This document shows positions 11,201 to 24,100 of a stretch of 64,000 nucleotides of DNA, in pieces. The notes beneath the pieces were generated by a model that was not told the origin of the DNA, searched no databases, and saw only the letters and a program-made list of their open reading frames with translations. The DNA is taken from positions 39,318 to 103,317 of IMG/VR virus record IMGVR_UViG_3300042940_003205; one strand, 5' to 3'. This DNA is from a virus. Position numbers and translations under genes: made by a program. The stretch's first letter is position 1; every line of letters begins with the position of its first letter.

Positions 11201-11962
11201 GTCATTAGCATCATTGTTTACAACAGCCAATAAAGCAGTTTCTAATTGATCGTGTGTTAAATTGCCTTTATCTTCTAAACTATTATGGCTTATATTTGGG
11301 AGTCTTGATGAGTCTAAGATACCTGTTGTAATTTTTGCAGCATCGACGGAACTTATATTTTCACTTGTTAATTGATTTTTAACTTCAATCGATAAATCTA
11401 TTGGAGAAGGATTACCTGTTCCACCAATATGTTTATGATTCTTAATAAGATATGAAAGCGTTGAAAATAAAGTTATATCTTGTCTGTTTGTTTCAAATAA
11501 ATTTACAAGATTGCTAGCTACGTCAACTTCAAGATATCCTAAAGAGATGTAATTTACTGTGTCATTTATTTCAGTTAATGAAGCAACAAAATCGACATCT
11601 CCAGTTATAGCAGTGTTTGCATTTTCATAAGCATAAACATAAACTTTTGAGATTCCAACTGTGGTGGGAATTGTGGGCAAGGTCACGTCTTTAGAAGAGG
11701 TGGTATTTCCAGCCTTATAAGAAACAAAGCCTTTTCCCGAAGTAATTGTAATTTTTGTTAATTTAAATTCGTTTGAGTAAGTTTGAATACGCCAAGATGG
11801 GACTGATGGATCTTCTTCTATAATTCCATTTTTAAAAATTTGATACAGATTGTACATTTGATTCTCAATGGCTTTAAAGCGAAGCTCGTCTAAATCAATG
11901 TTTTCTGAAAGGTCTTGGTTTGGTTCTATATATCCAAACCCATAAATTGGTGTATTTCCCAT
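8297..11962 (-). CDS. Tail fibre/baseplate protein (1221 aa) with C-terminal NHL-like beta-propeller
   Basis: Fibre-like N-terminal segment (NHKHIGGTGNPSPIDL...DAAKITTGILDSSRLP). Propeller blades (LDTPTDYQSLPTGGNIICDSKNDRII; LFHPKGMRIISNDNILISE). Confidence 0.65.
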   Translation of the reverse strand: MGNTPIYGFGYIEPNQDLSENIDLDELRFKAIENQMYNLYQIFKNGIIEEDPSVPSWRIQTYSNEFKLTKITITSGKGFVSYKAGNTTSSKDVTLPTIPTTVGISKVYVYAYENANTAITGDVDFVASLTEINDTVNYISLGYLEVDVASNLVNLFETNRQDITLFSTLSYLIKNHKHIGGTGNPSPIDLSIEVKNQLTSENISSVDAAKITTGILDSSRLPNISHNSLEDKGNLTHDQLETALLAVVNNDANDKMSDLSIANRLQMLIALKKSGGVGFTFIDSTQINTLTYVPGIYPNTSANSSTGNSANFKQTTSVPSQYTLATIYDTAPNASGSGISGSVTSSSFVGDKSFVVQNDFLQAKTVAASLGSTTNSFFSNIIISGSATTGSFTIDTPLNYLTLTQPVSSVFDTTGSWDTGLVFTTTYTSNKVKVDTSLYAYTLFNQPVSLDLNSKVGFGFSAGLGETGAALGKIYMFLVVGNGSTDPNLQYDQKIDFAPNTGTGYSTIYITPATSVKIFDDTTYGYIGSTATYSSINLSDFGDSSLKSSVLGFGFYFSTDQGWNAEKQTKFELLTPTDAQINASGSNDSLVLARRNTTDQTSAVFVWNDTYRYKNANFLMRFDSGDSNTQYNQIQYDIDVPLGTKYTIQSRSNVSSDLFYNFKTVSETDVIIATPNTSSSTGRYLDVLFSLYSNEFQSLAPIVNNLRINYSTVGSATTRTYDRNLTDTTNQKFGWVSDVYYNKNAGYGITNPDNTNYLRIFDTSNVGNWIYLRNNNLISAASNVLETTVEDGIDAGTLRNYLTPNQIFLKSTNYGLDTPTDYQSLPTGGNIICDSKNDRIIMTDINGVFTKLIQGNIRLKLTSRDFVALSASFNPETRKIYIAFSQNISFVDLTKIYITYNNISVRGDDTRLSGDYLEPIFDSSATYVFTINNTVEGIALNTAISNALTKKVRLDKGCFTNSGSSINTNTVLSATIPTSTVSTTNRTEQFVAGISTSITGTSTITTGLPATTNVVNSVTDYNGDGVVSTTAMYGPNSQTDNIILDLLQGPIYFANIYNPLSVQYDEADSLVVIAQPHYNSVLCYVDDTELTLKWAITSDIVNYYDNKLGSAYLLANGNVLLGSPASDTNDTGKLQVYNVSNGYIETKLTFNNDVIKALPGPATDYSNFYVLTDDVINFGANSRLHLVNNSGTILSTWGDNNELFHPKGMRIISNDNILISE

Positions 11963-12189
11963 TACTTAATTTCTTGTGGCTTGTATTCTGATGTTACTTT
12001 TTCAACGCCCCAGTTTGCATATCCCCAGCGTACAACATCTTGTTCTTCTATTATATTATTTTTATTTACGTTAATGACTTGTAAAGCTTGTGTCACATTT
12101 GACCTTAAAGTCAAACCGCTTTGCATATTGATTGTATTTTGTCTAATTTGATCATTTATTACAAAAGACAAAGATTGAAATAATGGCAT
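11962..12189 (-). CDS. Small hypothetical virion-associated protein (75 aa)
   Basis: Fills the gap exactly: TAATG-coupled to the downstream gene and 1 nt from the upstream stop. Confidence 0.6.
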   Translation of the reverse strand: MPLFQSLSFVINDQIRQNTINMQSGLTLRSNVTQALQVINVNKNNIIEEQDVVRWGYANWGVEKVTSEYKPQEIK

Positions 12190-12190
12190 T

Positions 12191-15127
12191 TTACGCTCCT
12201 CTCAAAGAAATTGGTAAATTAGTACCTGATACGATAGCAGTGATTAAGTTATCTGATTTATTATATGAGTAGTTTATAGATCTATAAACATATAGATCTG
12301 TGGCGTTTGTAGTAGTTCCAAATACACTAGATCCCAAAAAAACATTTATTTTGAATTTTCCGTGAAAATTAAGAGGTTTTGACACATAGCAAGAAAATGA
12401 AATATTACTTATTGGAGTTTTAGAAACTAATTCTATACTGTCAGTTACTCTTTTTAAAACTTGATAGTCAGGGATTTCATTTCTTTGTGTAGCCCAGTTT
12501 ATATATTTTTTAAAACCAACATAAGTAGGTTGTGATGGATCTTTAGGAGCGCCTGCTAGATATCCCAACAAATCTACTTGCTTTTGTAATGGTAAATTAG
12601 TCAATGAAACTGATCCTGGAGAAAATCTTTCATCTGCTAGAAAACCCGTAATAGCAACACCAAAAACTCTTACACCAGATGAAAGTAAATTCATATCTGT
12701 ATCTATAGTGTATTCGTCAATAAGCAATCCATGAATATCTTTTTTAAATCTATCAAGATACTTAGTTGTGTTTAAGGCATTACTATCAAACGAATATCCA
12801 GTACCTGCCGAATTTAAACCTGTAAATTTCAAATCATCGTCTATATTGTTATTTCTGCATTCTAATTTAAATCCGTAATTCTCAGCCCATCTAAAAGTTG
12901 GCAATGAATATGGATTATTGAGTCTTTCTAAGAGTTTGTCTAATTTATCAACAATCTTATCTAATGGATTTAATTTTATGAGGTCTTGATTATTTGTTGA
13001 ACTACTATTAAGTCTCAAATCAATACCGTAAATTGAACCACCATTAGCTAAATCTGCGTTATTTCTTGAATAATAAGACCAAAATCCAGATGCAGCCATA
13101 ATTGAATCAAGAGCAAGATCATGTCTCATTCCTGCAATCATCATATTTTTTTCAAAATAAACATTGCTCAGAGTAAATGTTCCAACGTCAACACAAGTTA
13201 ATTCAAATTTACTGTCATTACCGCTTCTTGAATAAGATGTGCTTGTAATAAAACCCTGAAAATATGTTTGTAAATCACCATATCCAGAATCTATAGTTAC
13301 TACTAATAAATTATTTTCGATAGCATCTATAAATTTTTGACCCTCTTGTGAATCAATATTTCTAAGCGTAATTGAGGCAGTCTTTTTAATTCTTGATAAA
13401 TTTGACAATGATGATGAATCACAGTTTACAGACCATCTTTCAACCCATGAAGTAATATCCCCAACAGAATAAAACAATTGATTCAATATAGGATTTACAA
13501 ATTTATAATCTGTTGCACCACCGCTACCAGTACCTACATTTGGAAAATTATTAGCAGCAAGTACTCCTGGGTGTGGAACCTCAATTTGCATAAATGCTGG
13601 ACCTTCAATTGTAGTTTTATAGAATAATTTAAACAAAACAGTTTTTTTATCTGGATCAGCGCTGCTTGATATAGGTTCTTTGAAGATTGTTATATCTTCA
13701 AACTGATTACCAATTAATCTCAAGTCTGCAAAATATGAAATGTTTTTATCTTTTGGGTTTGTTGTCTCATTGAATCCAGTGTTTTGTGGAGAAAGATTAA
13801 TTCTATAAGATGACAGTTCAAACCAAGCTTTTATAACATTCAAAAATTCTTGAAGTTTTTCATTTTCATTTTTGGGATTTATTTTTTTCTGAGAATACTT
13901 AAACTCGGCTACAATATAATTTTTTCTTAAATTTGCTGGCTGATCATTATTAAAATTATTAAATATCAAAGCTGAATATCTAAACTTTATATTTGTATTA
14001 GATAAAGATATAGAAACTTCTGTATCTGACGGGCAAAATATTTCTCTATTGCTAAAATTAATTATTGTGTTCCATCTAGTTATATCTGGACTGAAGCCCA
14101 ATAACATATTTGGTCCTACAAAATGAACATAAATATCATATGAGTCCATACTGTTTTTATCAAGAATAGGAGCAATTAAATCTGTTTGAGTTATATAGTC
14201 TTTGATGTTTGGATCATAAATTTTTAATACTGGTTTACTATCAATCTTAAACTCAATATAAAAATCATTTATAAATTTATCGTTTATAATTTGAGGCATA
14301 ACTGATATTCTGAAAGCAGATGTATTAATCTGCATATTACTTACAGAAAAATTTATATGAAAACCATTATTACCACTATATCCTCTAGCTTGTATAGGTT
14401 CGCTAGTGCCATCTGGATTATATATTGTTGCTCCAGGCTGATAAACTGCGTCATAAGAAGTTGGAAAAATTCTCTTTATAAAGGTATTAGTTTTTTCAGA
14501 AGTAACTTCTATTTGTGCCCCGTAAGCTGGATCTTTAACGGTTCTTAGTGTACCTGTATTGGCTCCACTTATTGCTGGGCCAATATATTTATATGCGTCT
14601 CTGCTACTATCTACTACCTGCCATATATTATATGTAGTAAGCACTGGCACCGATGATGCATTATCATTATCAAAAAATGGGATTTTTGGCACATGTTGAG
14701 ATGGGTCATTAAAATTTTCTGATTGAGCCTGTACGTTGCCTTGAAAGGGAGGACTGTCAACAAAATTTGGATTATATCCCTCAGATGGTCCTTTTAATTT
14801 GTTCAGTACTGGATCAACTTCTCCAGGAGCAATTGCTCCAAAAGCAAATGTACAGGATGATGCACTAATTGCTGTATTAATTTCTGGAATTCTAGCATTT
14901 TGTAAAGAAGATAGGACTCTTAATCTTCTGCTATATTTTGGTTCTGTAGTTCCATCTTTGTAAGTATAAGAAGGATGGAAATCATAGTTTAAGACATTTA
15001 AGTTGTCTTGTGATTTTGTTGCAGTGGAAGATGTATATTCCCCAGAAAAGAAACCACTTTCAGGAGCATTCAAAATACTTAAAGTGACTTTTGTTTTTAA
15101 TTGTCTTGGATCTGGGGAAAGGTTCAT
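12191..15127 (-). CDS. Baseplate hub-like tail protein (978 aa)
   Basis: C-terminal half has a hub-type pattern: GDITSWVERWSV...TASITLRN...VTIDSGYGDLQTYFQGFITS...FELTCVD. Confidence 0.55.
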   Translation of the reverse strand: MNLSPDPRQLKTKVTLSILNAPESGFFSGEYTSSTATKSQDNLNVLNYDFHPSYTYKDGTTEPKYSRRLRVLSSLQNARIPEINTAISASSCTFAFGAIAPGEVDPVLNKLKGPSEGYNPNFVDSPPFQGNVQAQSENFNDPSQHVPKIPFFDNDNASSVPVLTTYNIWQVVDSSRDAYKYIGPAISGANTGTLRTVKDPAYGAQIEVTSEKTNTFIKRIFPTSYDAVYQPGATIYNPDGTSEPIQARGYSGNNGFHINFSVSNMQINTSAFRISVMPQIINDKFINDFYIEFKIDSKPVLKIYDPNIKDYITQTDLIAPILDKNSMDSYDIYVHFVGPNMLLGFSPDITRWNTIINFSNREIFCPSDTEVSISLSNTNIKFRYSALIFNNFNNDQPANLRKNYIVAEFKYSQKKINPKNENEKLQEFLNVIKAWFELSSYRINLSPQNTGFNETTNPKDKNISYFADLRLIGNQFEDITIFKEPISSSADPDKKTVLFKLFYKTTIEGPAFMQIEVPHPGVLAANNFPNVGTGSGGATDYKFVNPILNQLFYSVGDITSWVERWSVNCDSSSLSNLSRIKKTASITLRNIDSQEGQKFIDAIENNLLVVTIDSGYGDLQTYFQGFITSTSYSRSGNDSKFELTCVDVGTFTLSNVYFEKNMMIAGMRHDLALDSIMAASGFWSYYSRNNADLANGGSIYGIDLRLNSSSTNNQDLIKLNPLDKIVDKLDKLLERLNNPYSLPTFRWAENYGFKLECRNNNIDDDLKFTGLNSAGTGYSFDSNALNTTKYLDRFKKDIHGLLIDEYTIDTDMNLLSSGVRVFGVAITGFLADERFSPGSVSLTNLPLQKQVDLLGYLAGAPKDPSQPTYVGFKKYINWATQRNEIPDYQVLKRVTDSIELVSKTPISNISFSCYVSKPLNFHGKFKINVFLGSSVFGTTTNATDLYVYRSINYSYNKSDNLITAIVSGTNLPISLRGA

Positions 15128-15162
15128 ATTAATATTATAAAAAATAAAATGGGTTTACACCT

Positions 15163-18100
15163 TTAATCAGCTGCTTGAGTAGTTGGGTAAATGGTTAAAT
15201 TATTTACTGAAGGATATCCTCCAGGCCTTATTACAGTGAAATTGTTACCTGTAGGCTTTACATTAGATGCTAAGATTATTGAATGAGAACCTGCTGTAGT
15301 AATATCATATGCCCCAATAACACTATCATTGCTTGATATAAAATATTTTGGTAAATTATTTTGTAAATTATATTGTTCTGAACTATTGAAAGATTGTGGT
15401 AATCCCATACAACCATTTTGGTTTACACCATAAGCAAAAAAATGATTTTGAGATAAAGCCAAAAGTGCAGAGGTGCCTTGAGATATTTTTACAAAATATT
15501 CTCCTGGATAGCTAGATGATACAAGTTGTGATGCACCTAAAAATTGTGGAGTTTCATTGTTATATAATTCATAAAAAACAATACTACGGTCAAATTGATC
15601 TTGAGTTGCTGATATAATGTTTATTAAACCATTGTTTGTTGAAATATCATAAGCATAACCCCAACCTCTCAATCTAGTTATTCCAGTAAACCACACTATT
15701 TGATTGTCAATATCATAACCAATTCCTGAAACAAATCCTCCTAGAGAATTAATTCCACTAGTGTTTCCTACTGACAGCTTAAAAGGATTAAGATAATTTG
15801 TACTTCCTATTTGCAAATCTGGATTTGGGTCAATATTTATTGGAATAAATCCATTATCAACAACTCCAGTTTTGTTTGTGTAATTATGAAGTCCTGCTAC
15901 CCAAACTTGTTTATTGTCTATAAAAGCAAGTATTTGATTATTACAAGAAATATCCTGTAAACTATTATTAGAAGTATAGCTGGCACCATTATTTGTAATA
16001 TTTCTCTCAATAATAGGCTGAAAATTATATATATCTGTTTTTGGTAAAGATTGCCCAAAAATTCCACCGATATTAGAACCGCAAACCAATAGAACTTTTT
16101 TATTGATTGATATATCTTCTGCAATTATAGCTGATTGAAAATCTCCAGCAGAAACTTTTACAACTTTATATTTAGATGCTAAAGGAACTAGCGTCAAAGA
16201 ATTCAATTGAGTGATACTGGACGGGAAACCTAATTGACCATTAGAATTTGATCCACTTGCATAAAGTTTTCCATCTACATCAACTACTAATGTATGTCTA
16301 AGACCAGCTGCTATAATTGTGTATTGTTTTGTATCATCAACTAACTGGAATCCATATCTGTCTGGAGTATTTAAACCACTTGCAATTGCTCCATAAAAAG
16401 CTTGTCCTGATGAAAACAATTTATTTGCTAAAGGGTTAGGTGCTGCAGAAACATTTACATTAACAGAATATCTTTTTTCTAAATTGGTTGTCGGAGTTGA
16501 AGATAATTTTTGCGTATCAAAAACCAACAAGCTTACAGTAAATATACCTATAGTATTAAATTGATTTGTAAAAGTTGAATTGTATCCAGATTTAACTCCA
16601 TCTATTGACCATTCAAAAGTTATATTAGATCCATCTTCTGGGTCATAGGAAGTGGTGCCGTCAAAAGTAAAACTATTGCCGACTTTGAGTTCTATATATC
16701 CAGAAACAGAAGGCTCATTTCCAAGAATTGCTACTGGGTTCTTATTTATTGGTGGAGGTGGAGGAGCTGACACTACGAATATTGTTTTTGACACAGATTC
16801 AGACTCTAAACCTAAATTATCAAAAACTGAAAGAGTTACAACGTGATTACTGGTTGTACTAAACGATGTTGATAAGGTTGATGTGTTAGAGTTTTGATTT
16901 ATACCATCAACTAACCATTTATAACCATTAATAAATTGATTAGTATCATTATCATAACTTCCTTGTGACGTATACGTTAATGAAGTGTTTATTTGTACTT
17001 GTGTAATTCCTGAAGGCACTGTATCTAATACTGCCACTGGTTTACTATTTTTCACAATGTAATCAAGAGTTGCAGTATTTGTTGCAGCTAGATTATCTGT
17101 AACAGTTAGAGAAACTTTATATGTGCCTGGATTGTTATAGACTGTTGTTGCATTGACTTGATCTGCAACACTTCCATTTCCAAAATCCCAAGAATAGATT
17201 AAGGGACCACCAACATTATCAGGATCATAACTACCGGCAGCTGAAAAATTTACAGAAACAGGAGCTAAACTTGTATTTGATTGAGGATTAGCTGATATAA
17301 CTGCTACAGGTGGAATATTTGGAAAATTTACCTTAACTCCAATATTTACAACATCACTCCAGTCCCCATCATCATCTTGAACTTTTAAAGTTACTGTGTA
17401 TGGAGTGAATCTTGGAGAATTGAAAGTGTAAGTAAAAGATTTATTAGTAAAAGGTGTACCAACTAACCCATTTATGTACCATTCATAATTAGCTACGGTA
17501 CCGTCAAGATCATATGAATTAGAATCAAATGTAACTGTGAATGGGGATATTCCAGTAATTACATTATTTCTTGGTGTGCTGCTTGTTGCAATAACAGCAA
17601 ATGGTTTTCTATTATTTATGCGGATAATTTGAGATGTTGTACTTGATATCTCAAAGTTATCATAAACAGTAAGAGAAACAGTGTAATCTTTATTGCCTTT
17701 ATTATAAGACTTTGTTGGATTTTTTTGTAATGGATCATTGGTTGTAAAGGAAGTTCCATCACCATAATCCCATGACCATCTAGATAAAGCATTTTCTGGA
17801 TCGCTAGAATTATCAATGAATGTGATTGGATCAAAAGTAAATGCATTTACAGGACTAAATGAAAAATTTGCAATTGGTGGCTGATTGTTTATTGTAATTA
17901 CTTGAATAGAATTTGCTGTTTCTAAGCTAACACCAGTTCTATTATCAGTAACAATTAATTTTGCAGTGAAAACACCAACTGTTTTATATATGTGAGAAAT
18001 TAAAGCAGAATTTACAAACTGTGTAAAAGTGCCATCTCCAAAATCCAATCGATAAAGAATAATAGAGCCATCAGGATCTCGAGAGCTTGAAACATCAAAA

Positions 18101-21100
18101 ACGAATGTATCATTAATAACTCCAGAATTTTTATCTACAGATAGAACTGCTATTGGAAGTATATTATCAGGAGGAGTGACATTAACTGAAATGCTTGTAG
18201 TGTTTGTGGCACCAAGATCATCAGTTACAGTAAGAGATACAACATATGTGCCTTGTGTCGTAAAATTTATTGTTGCATTAGGTGTTGACGCAACAACTGT
18301 ATTTGAAACACTCCAGCTATAAGAAGCTATCAAACCATCTTCATCTGTTGATGTATCACCATTAAATGTCAAACTTCCTGGTGCTTTCACAGTCAAAGTT
18401 GTGTAAGTTATTCTTGCTACTGGATTTCTATTTGTAACATTAATTAATAAATTGGCAGTAGAGCTATCACCTATGTTGTCAGTAACAGTTAATGACGCAT
18501 CATATGTTCCAGGTTTTGCATATGTATGAGATTCTGTAGTTTTTCCTTGAGAAATAATTGTCCCGTCACCAAAATTCCAAGCATATTTAGTAATATTTCC
18601 ATCACTATCAAATGAGTTGTTTCCAAAGAAATTAACTTGAGTCTTAGATAATACTGGATTTGGAGAAGCTGTGAGTATTGCAGCAGGAGGATTATTTTTA
18701 ACTACAATGTCTAAAATATATATACTTTGCAAATTGCCATCATCAGTAACAGTCAATTTTACTGGATATGTTCCTGATCTTGTGAAAGTATGAGAAACAG
18801 TTTTTTGATATGTTTGAGCATTAAAGAATGAGGTGCTACCTGTTTCAAACTCCCAAAGCCAACTTACTATTTTTCCATCAGTATCAGTGGAAGTATCTGT
18901 GAATAATATTTTAGCTGGTGCCAAAACATTATTGGAATCAACTGTGAATAAAGCTACAGGTGGCTGATTTGCTGGTGGCGGAGCAACAGTAAATCTAATA
19001 GAAGAAGTTGATGTTTTTTTGTTTGTTCCGTCAGGTAAACCATCATCAGTTACAGTAAGAAAAACTGTGTATGTCCCTGGAAAAAAGTAAATATTTGTTG
19101 GATTTTTTAAGGTTGGATCACTTGTAGAAAAAACGTGTCCATCACCAAAATTCCAGTCCCATTGAGTAATAAAACCATCTGAATCTGATGATGTTTCAGT
19201 GAATTTTACAATTAAAGGTTTAAAACTTGTTTGATTTCCTGTTACGTTCGAAATTATTGGTGCTTGATTTACTAATGGGCTTACTATAACATTTTTAGTT
19301 ATAAAACTTGATTTACCGCCATTATCAGTGACAGTAAGAGTAACTTCATATCTACCAGCTGAAAAATAAGTATGAGATGGATTTTGAACAGCACTAGTAG
19401 AGTTATCACCAAAATTCCAATTCCAAGAAGTTATCATTCCATCTGTGTCTGATGATGTGTCTTTGAAATCAATTACTAACTTTCTGTCTTGCTGAGAAAA
19501 TAAGAAATTTGCTATAGGTGGATTATTGCCTGGTGGAGCAACTGTAATTTCAATTGTTCCTGAAGCTTGAAGTCCTCCAGAATCAGTGACAGTAAGAATC
19601 ACTCTATATTTACCAGGGTCAGCATAAATATGTTCTGGGTTTTGAACGTCAGCTGTTTGGTTATCTCCAAAATTCCAGTTCCAAGCTACTATAGGCCCCT
19701 CGTCATCACTTGAAGTGTCTGTAAATTGAACTTTCAATGTTGGTGCAAATGATGTTTGTGCCCACTTGAAGCTTGGTGAAGGAGGGGAATTGACCACTCC
19801 ATTAACATTGATTGTTGGACCAATAAACTTACTTGACAAACGGGCTAAATTATCTTTAACAATTAAAGTTGGTGTGAACGATCCTGCTCTTGTATAGTCA
19901 TAAGTAAATGGTAAATTATCAAATTTAATTGCAGTTTCACCATCTCCAAAATCCCATTCATATGTCTGTATGAACGAACCATCATTTGCGGGATTAGATT
20001 GATCTGCAAAAGATACGCTTAAGGTTACATCCCCCGAAGTTGGAGTAGCAGAAAACTTAGCTTGTGGTGATAGATTATTTATTGGCGCTGGGTTTACTGT
20101 TATCAATACTGATGCAGGATCACTATTGAAACCATTTGAATTTGTCACAATCAAAGTGACCTTAAAAATAATTGGACTTATAGTATTGTTAATAAAAGTA
20201 TGCGATGGATTTTCTTCAGTTGATTGTGTTTCATCACCAAAATTCCAAGCGTAAGATAATGCACTGCCACCTGGATCATAGGAATTTGTTGATAGAAAAT
20301 TTACAAAAAGTGCTGATTGGCCACTATTAGGATTTGCCTGTATATCAGCAATAGGTTTAGTATCCTGTATTGTAGAATCAATTGTGTTTACACATTCTAT
20401 ATCAAATCTTCTTGTTCCAATAATTTTTGTAAATGGGTGAAATAGTATCGCTTCAATGTAGCATTTACCCGTATCATAAGCAATCAATACTTTCCCGTCA
20501 TACTCTTGTTTCTTACAACTTATGATTGCTGGTTTTTGCTTTGGTACTTCAGCATTTAAATCGCTGTCAGAATTAAAGTAAGTAATTATATTTCTTCTAT
20601 TAGTTAATTCTGTAACTAAATTTTCATCTAATTTACCTTTGATTAAGTGTATTTTATCTGATCTTTTGCTGACTAATGAGCTTGAAGATACAGGGTATTC
20701 AAAATAATAAATTCCACCATTACACCAAAAAACAGACCTAAATAACCGTAGTTTTTCATCATAATCAGATGACAGGCCATAAATGTTGTATCTATCTGAA
20801 AGTGTATTTCCAGTGAGTGCATCTAAATCAAGAAGTGTATTTTTACTTAATGCTCTATAATTTGAAATTATCTTAAAATTTATAGTTCGTGGAGTTTTAT
20901 CCATCGTATAGGCTACAATATATTCTCTTGATGAGAGTTGAGCTACTGCAGGGAATGATGAATATGCAGTTCCTGATGAATTTATGGGCTCTAGCAATCT
21001 AAAATCAGAGATGTATGTAGGAGCAATACCATCAATAAAAATAACTTTATCAGTTACTGGAGGGTTTATATTTGTTGTATTTAAAGATATTGACCTAAAA

Positions 21101-24100
21101 ATAATAGCTCCAGGATCAGCATATCCTACATTAATAACTTGAGGAGCCTGATCTGTTATGGAATAAGAATTGTATTTTGTGCCAACAAATGCTTTTGATA
21201 AAGTTGAAAAATTAGCATCAGTTTTTGCATGTCCATCTATAAAAGGATGCCAAGAAAATTTATTCCTCATATCTGTATTTGCAGAAATAAGGTTGTCGTA
21301 ATAATGAGAATTAGTAGAATTAGAATTTGAGCTTCTTTCTGTAAATAGGAAAGTATTAACTCTGTAAGTTTGATTGATGTGAGTTTCTGAACTGACTAAA
21401 ACAGGAAATTCTCCTCTTAAACTTACACCAGTTCCAGTGACGGTATTAAAACCAACTGGATATTTTTCATATTGTTTACTAAAGAAAGAGTCAGTGGAAA
21501 TGATTGCTGTTTGATTTTCTTGTCCAGGTTTTGTTGAAGGCACAGTGTAGGCAATAACGATTGATTTTTCAAAACCAGATTCGCAAGCTGTGACATTTGT
21601 AGCAACATTTTGTTTTCCTCCCTTAAAAGATGCTCTTTCTCTTTTAGATTGAGACATATTTCTGTTTGTACTTCTGTAATCTGAAGGAGTTGGAAAATTT
21701 TTGGATCTTTCTAATTCAATGTAATGGTCTATTTTATTTTTTCCATAAATAGAACCAGTTTCAAAGAATCCTTTCGCATCGGATTCAGATGATCCAACGT
21801 TCAATCTCGAGACAGATTCTATAAGATTTGCTTTTCTTAAGTTATCTGGTGTGCTTTTTTGAGGAGGTAGTATTAAGCCATAACCAGGACCTCTCGCAAT
21901 CAATCCACCTCTAAGATGTAATGTTGATTCTTGGACTGTGCCATCATCATTTCTCAAGGATGTATTGCCAAATAAATCAGGTTTACCGGGAGGAAAGTCT
22001 GCATTTATTCTATGAAATATAGTTTGTGCCAAGATGTTTTGTAATTGATTGAAATTGACATCAATAGCTTGAATGTAGCTTGTCCCACTGCCAGAATTTT
22101 TACCACTTGGAACTGCTAATAGGCCACCTCCAAAAATCCATGTAGCATAGCCGGTTTCTGAATTCAAATACTCAGGATCTAAATTATATGTTGTTATAGT
22201 TTGTCCAGTGATAGGATCAATCGTTTCTCTTTTAGGTACTTTTTGTGCTTTCCAACCTGGATGTCTGTAGACAGATGAATAAGCATTTGATGAATTCAAC
22301 CATCTTGGAGCAACATAGCTGTCTTTTTTGTTTATACTATCGCAAAGATCTGAAATTGATTTTGGATTGAGACTAATTTGATCCTCACCTGTGACAGATC
22401 CAGTCGTTATTTGCCAGTCAATATCGCCTTCTTCTTCGTCTCTGCTATCAGTATTTTGTTGCCAAAATCTTCTAGTGAAATATGAAGTTTCTAAAGTCGT
22501 TGATGGTTTGAATCTTGTTTGAGATTCAAATGTATTATTATTTCCTGAATAAACAAAATTGGATAAAGAATTGTTTCTTATTAATTTTATCTCTCCAAGT
22601 TCTAAAGCATCTGAAATAAGTTCGATTTTCTTAATTCTTGAAATTCCATAATAAGGTCCGTTAGAAGCTTCATCTTCTGGAAAATCATCTATAGCATTTA
22701 CTTCATTGTCGCTTACTATATTTGTTGCAATGTTGGTTCTTATTTCAGTGTCAACGGGAAAAGTAAATTCAACTAACTTAGGTGGAACTAATGAAATTAC
22801 TGGTGCATTAGTTGAATAATAATTATATTGACCATTAGTTTGATAGGGTATACCATCGTAATCAGGCACATCATTAATTGCTAACTTTGCGTACTCAAGA
22901 GTGGCTACATACTGATTGCCAAACTTATTTATTGTTTTGAATTTTACGAAAATTGTCCTAAAACTATCATCACTTTCGCTATCATAAAAACAAAATTTGA
23001 TGTTTGTATTATTAGAAACAAATCTTAAGTTTGGATCAAAAGTTTCAAAATTTACTCTAAGAAATGTTTTTCCAGAATTTAAGGTATCATTAACATACTC
23101 AATAATTTTATATTTTTTGCTTACTTTAGTTGTTGGATTTTCTAACAATATTGCATCATATGGAACAATTATATTATTTTCATATGCAGTAATTGGATTA
23201 ACAAACATTATTGTTGAGCCATCAACATAATCTGCAGTTAATTTAGTTATATTCTCAGAAACATCAGGAACACCAGGGTCATAATCATAAATTTGATACT
23301 CATCTGGGTAATTTCCGTTTTTGTCTTTTTTTATAAAATCTTCAATAGTTTTATTTTTTGTAATATCATTTTGCGGTATATAAAGATATAATGTTTTTCT
23401 ATAATCAGGATTTCTAGAATTAGATCCTTCTAATCCATTCCAGTATCTAGCAAGCTTTATTCTGCCATTATAAACTCTTGGTTTTCCATAAATAACGTTA
23501 GTCCCACCAATGCTTGGAAATTTTCGAGTATTTACTTCAAAATAATCTACCACTTCCGAAGTTTTATCAGTAAGATAAATGTATCCAGAATCAATAATTC
23601 TTTGCTTGATTGTTTGATCTATCCATTCTTTTGAAGAACTTATGAGTGAAGGTTTTACAATCAAAAAATCATCTTTTGGTCTATTGCTTTGCGCTAAAAA
23701 TCCCAAAACATCTGATTCTTGAGGTCTAGATGTAGTGTAAGTATTTAGTCTCGGATAAGGAGAATCTTGATTGTCTACAAAATCAATTTTATTATTAGGA
23801 TTACAAAGATCAATAATTATATTTTCAAAAGTTTTGGATTTTGTTGACACAGACCAAGTTTTTATATCTTCATTTGTTCGAGTATCCCCCTCTATCGAAG
23901 GACCCTTAGAAGTAGATGTGATATCAAAATTTGAACTATGATTTTCACCATCCTTTGAACGAATTTGAATACTTAAGTATCTATATCCTGATAAATTTTC
24001 TGCACCATAAAAATATGGATTTTGAGCTGTCCCACTGTAATTTCTTAGATTTCCTGTTCCCATCAAAAGCAAACTTGGCTCTTGATACAAGGACATGGCG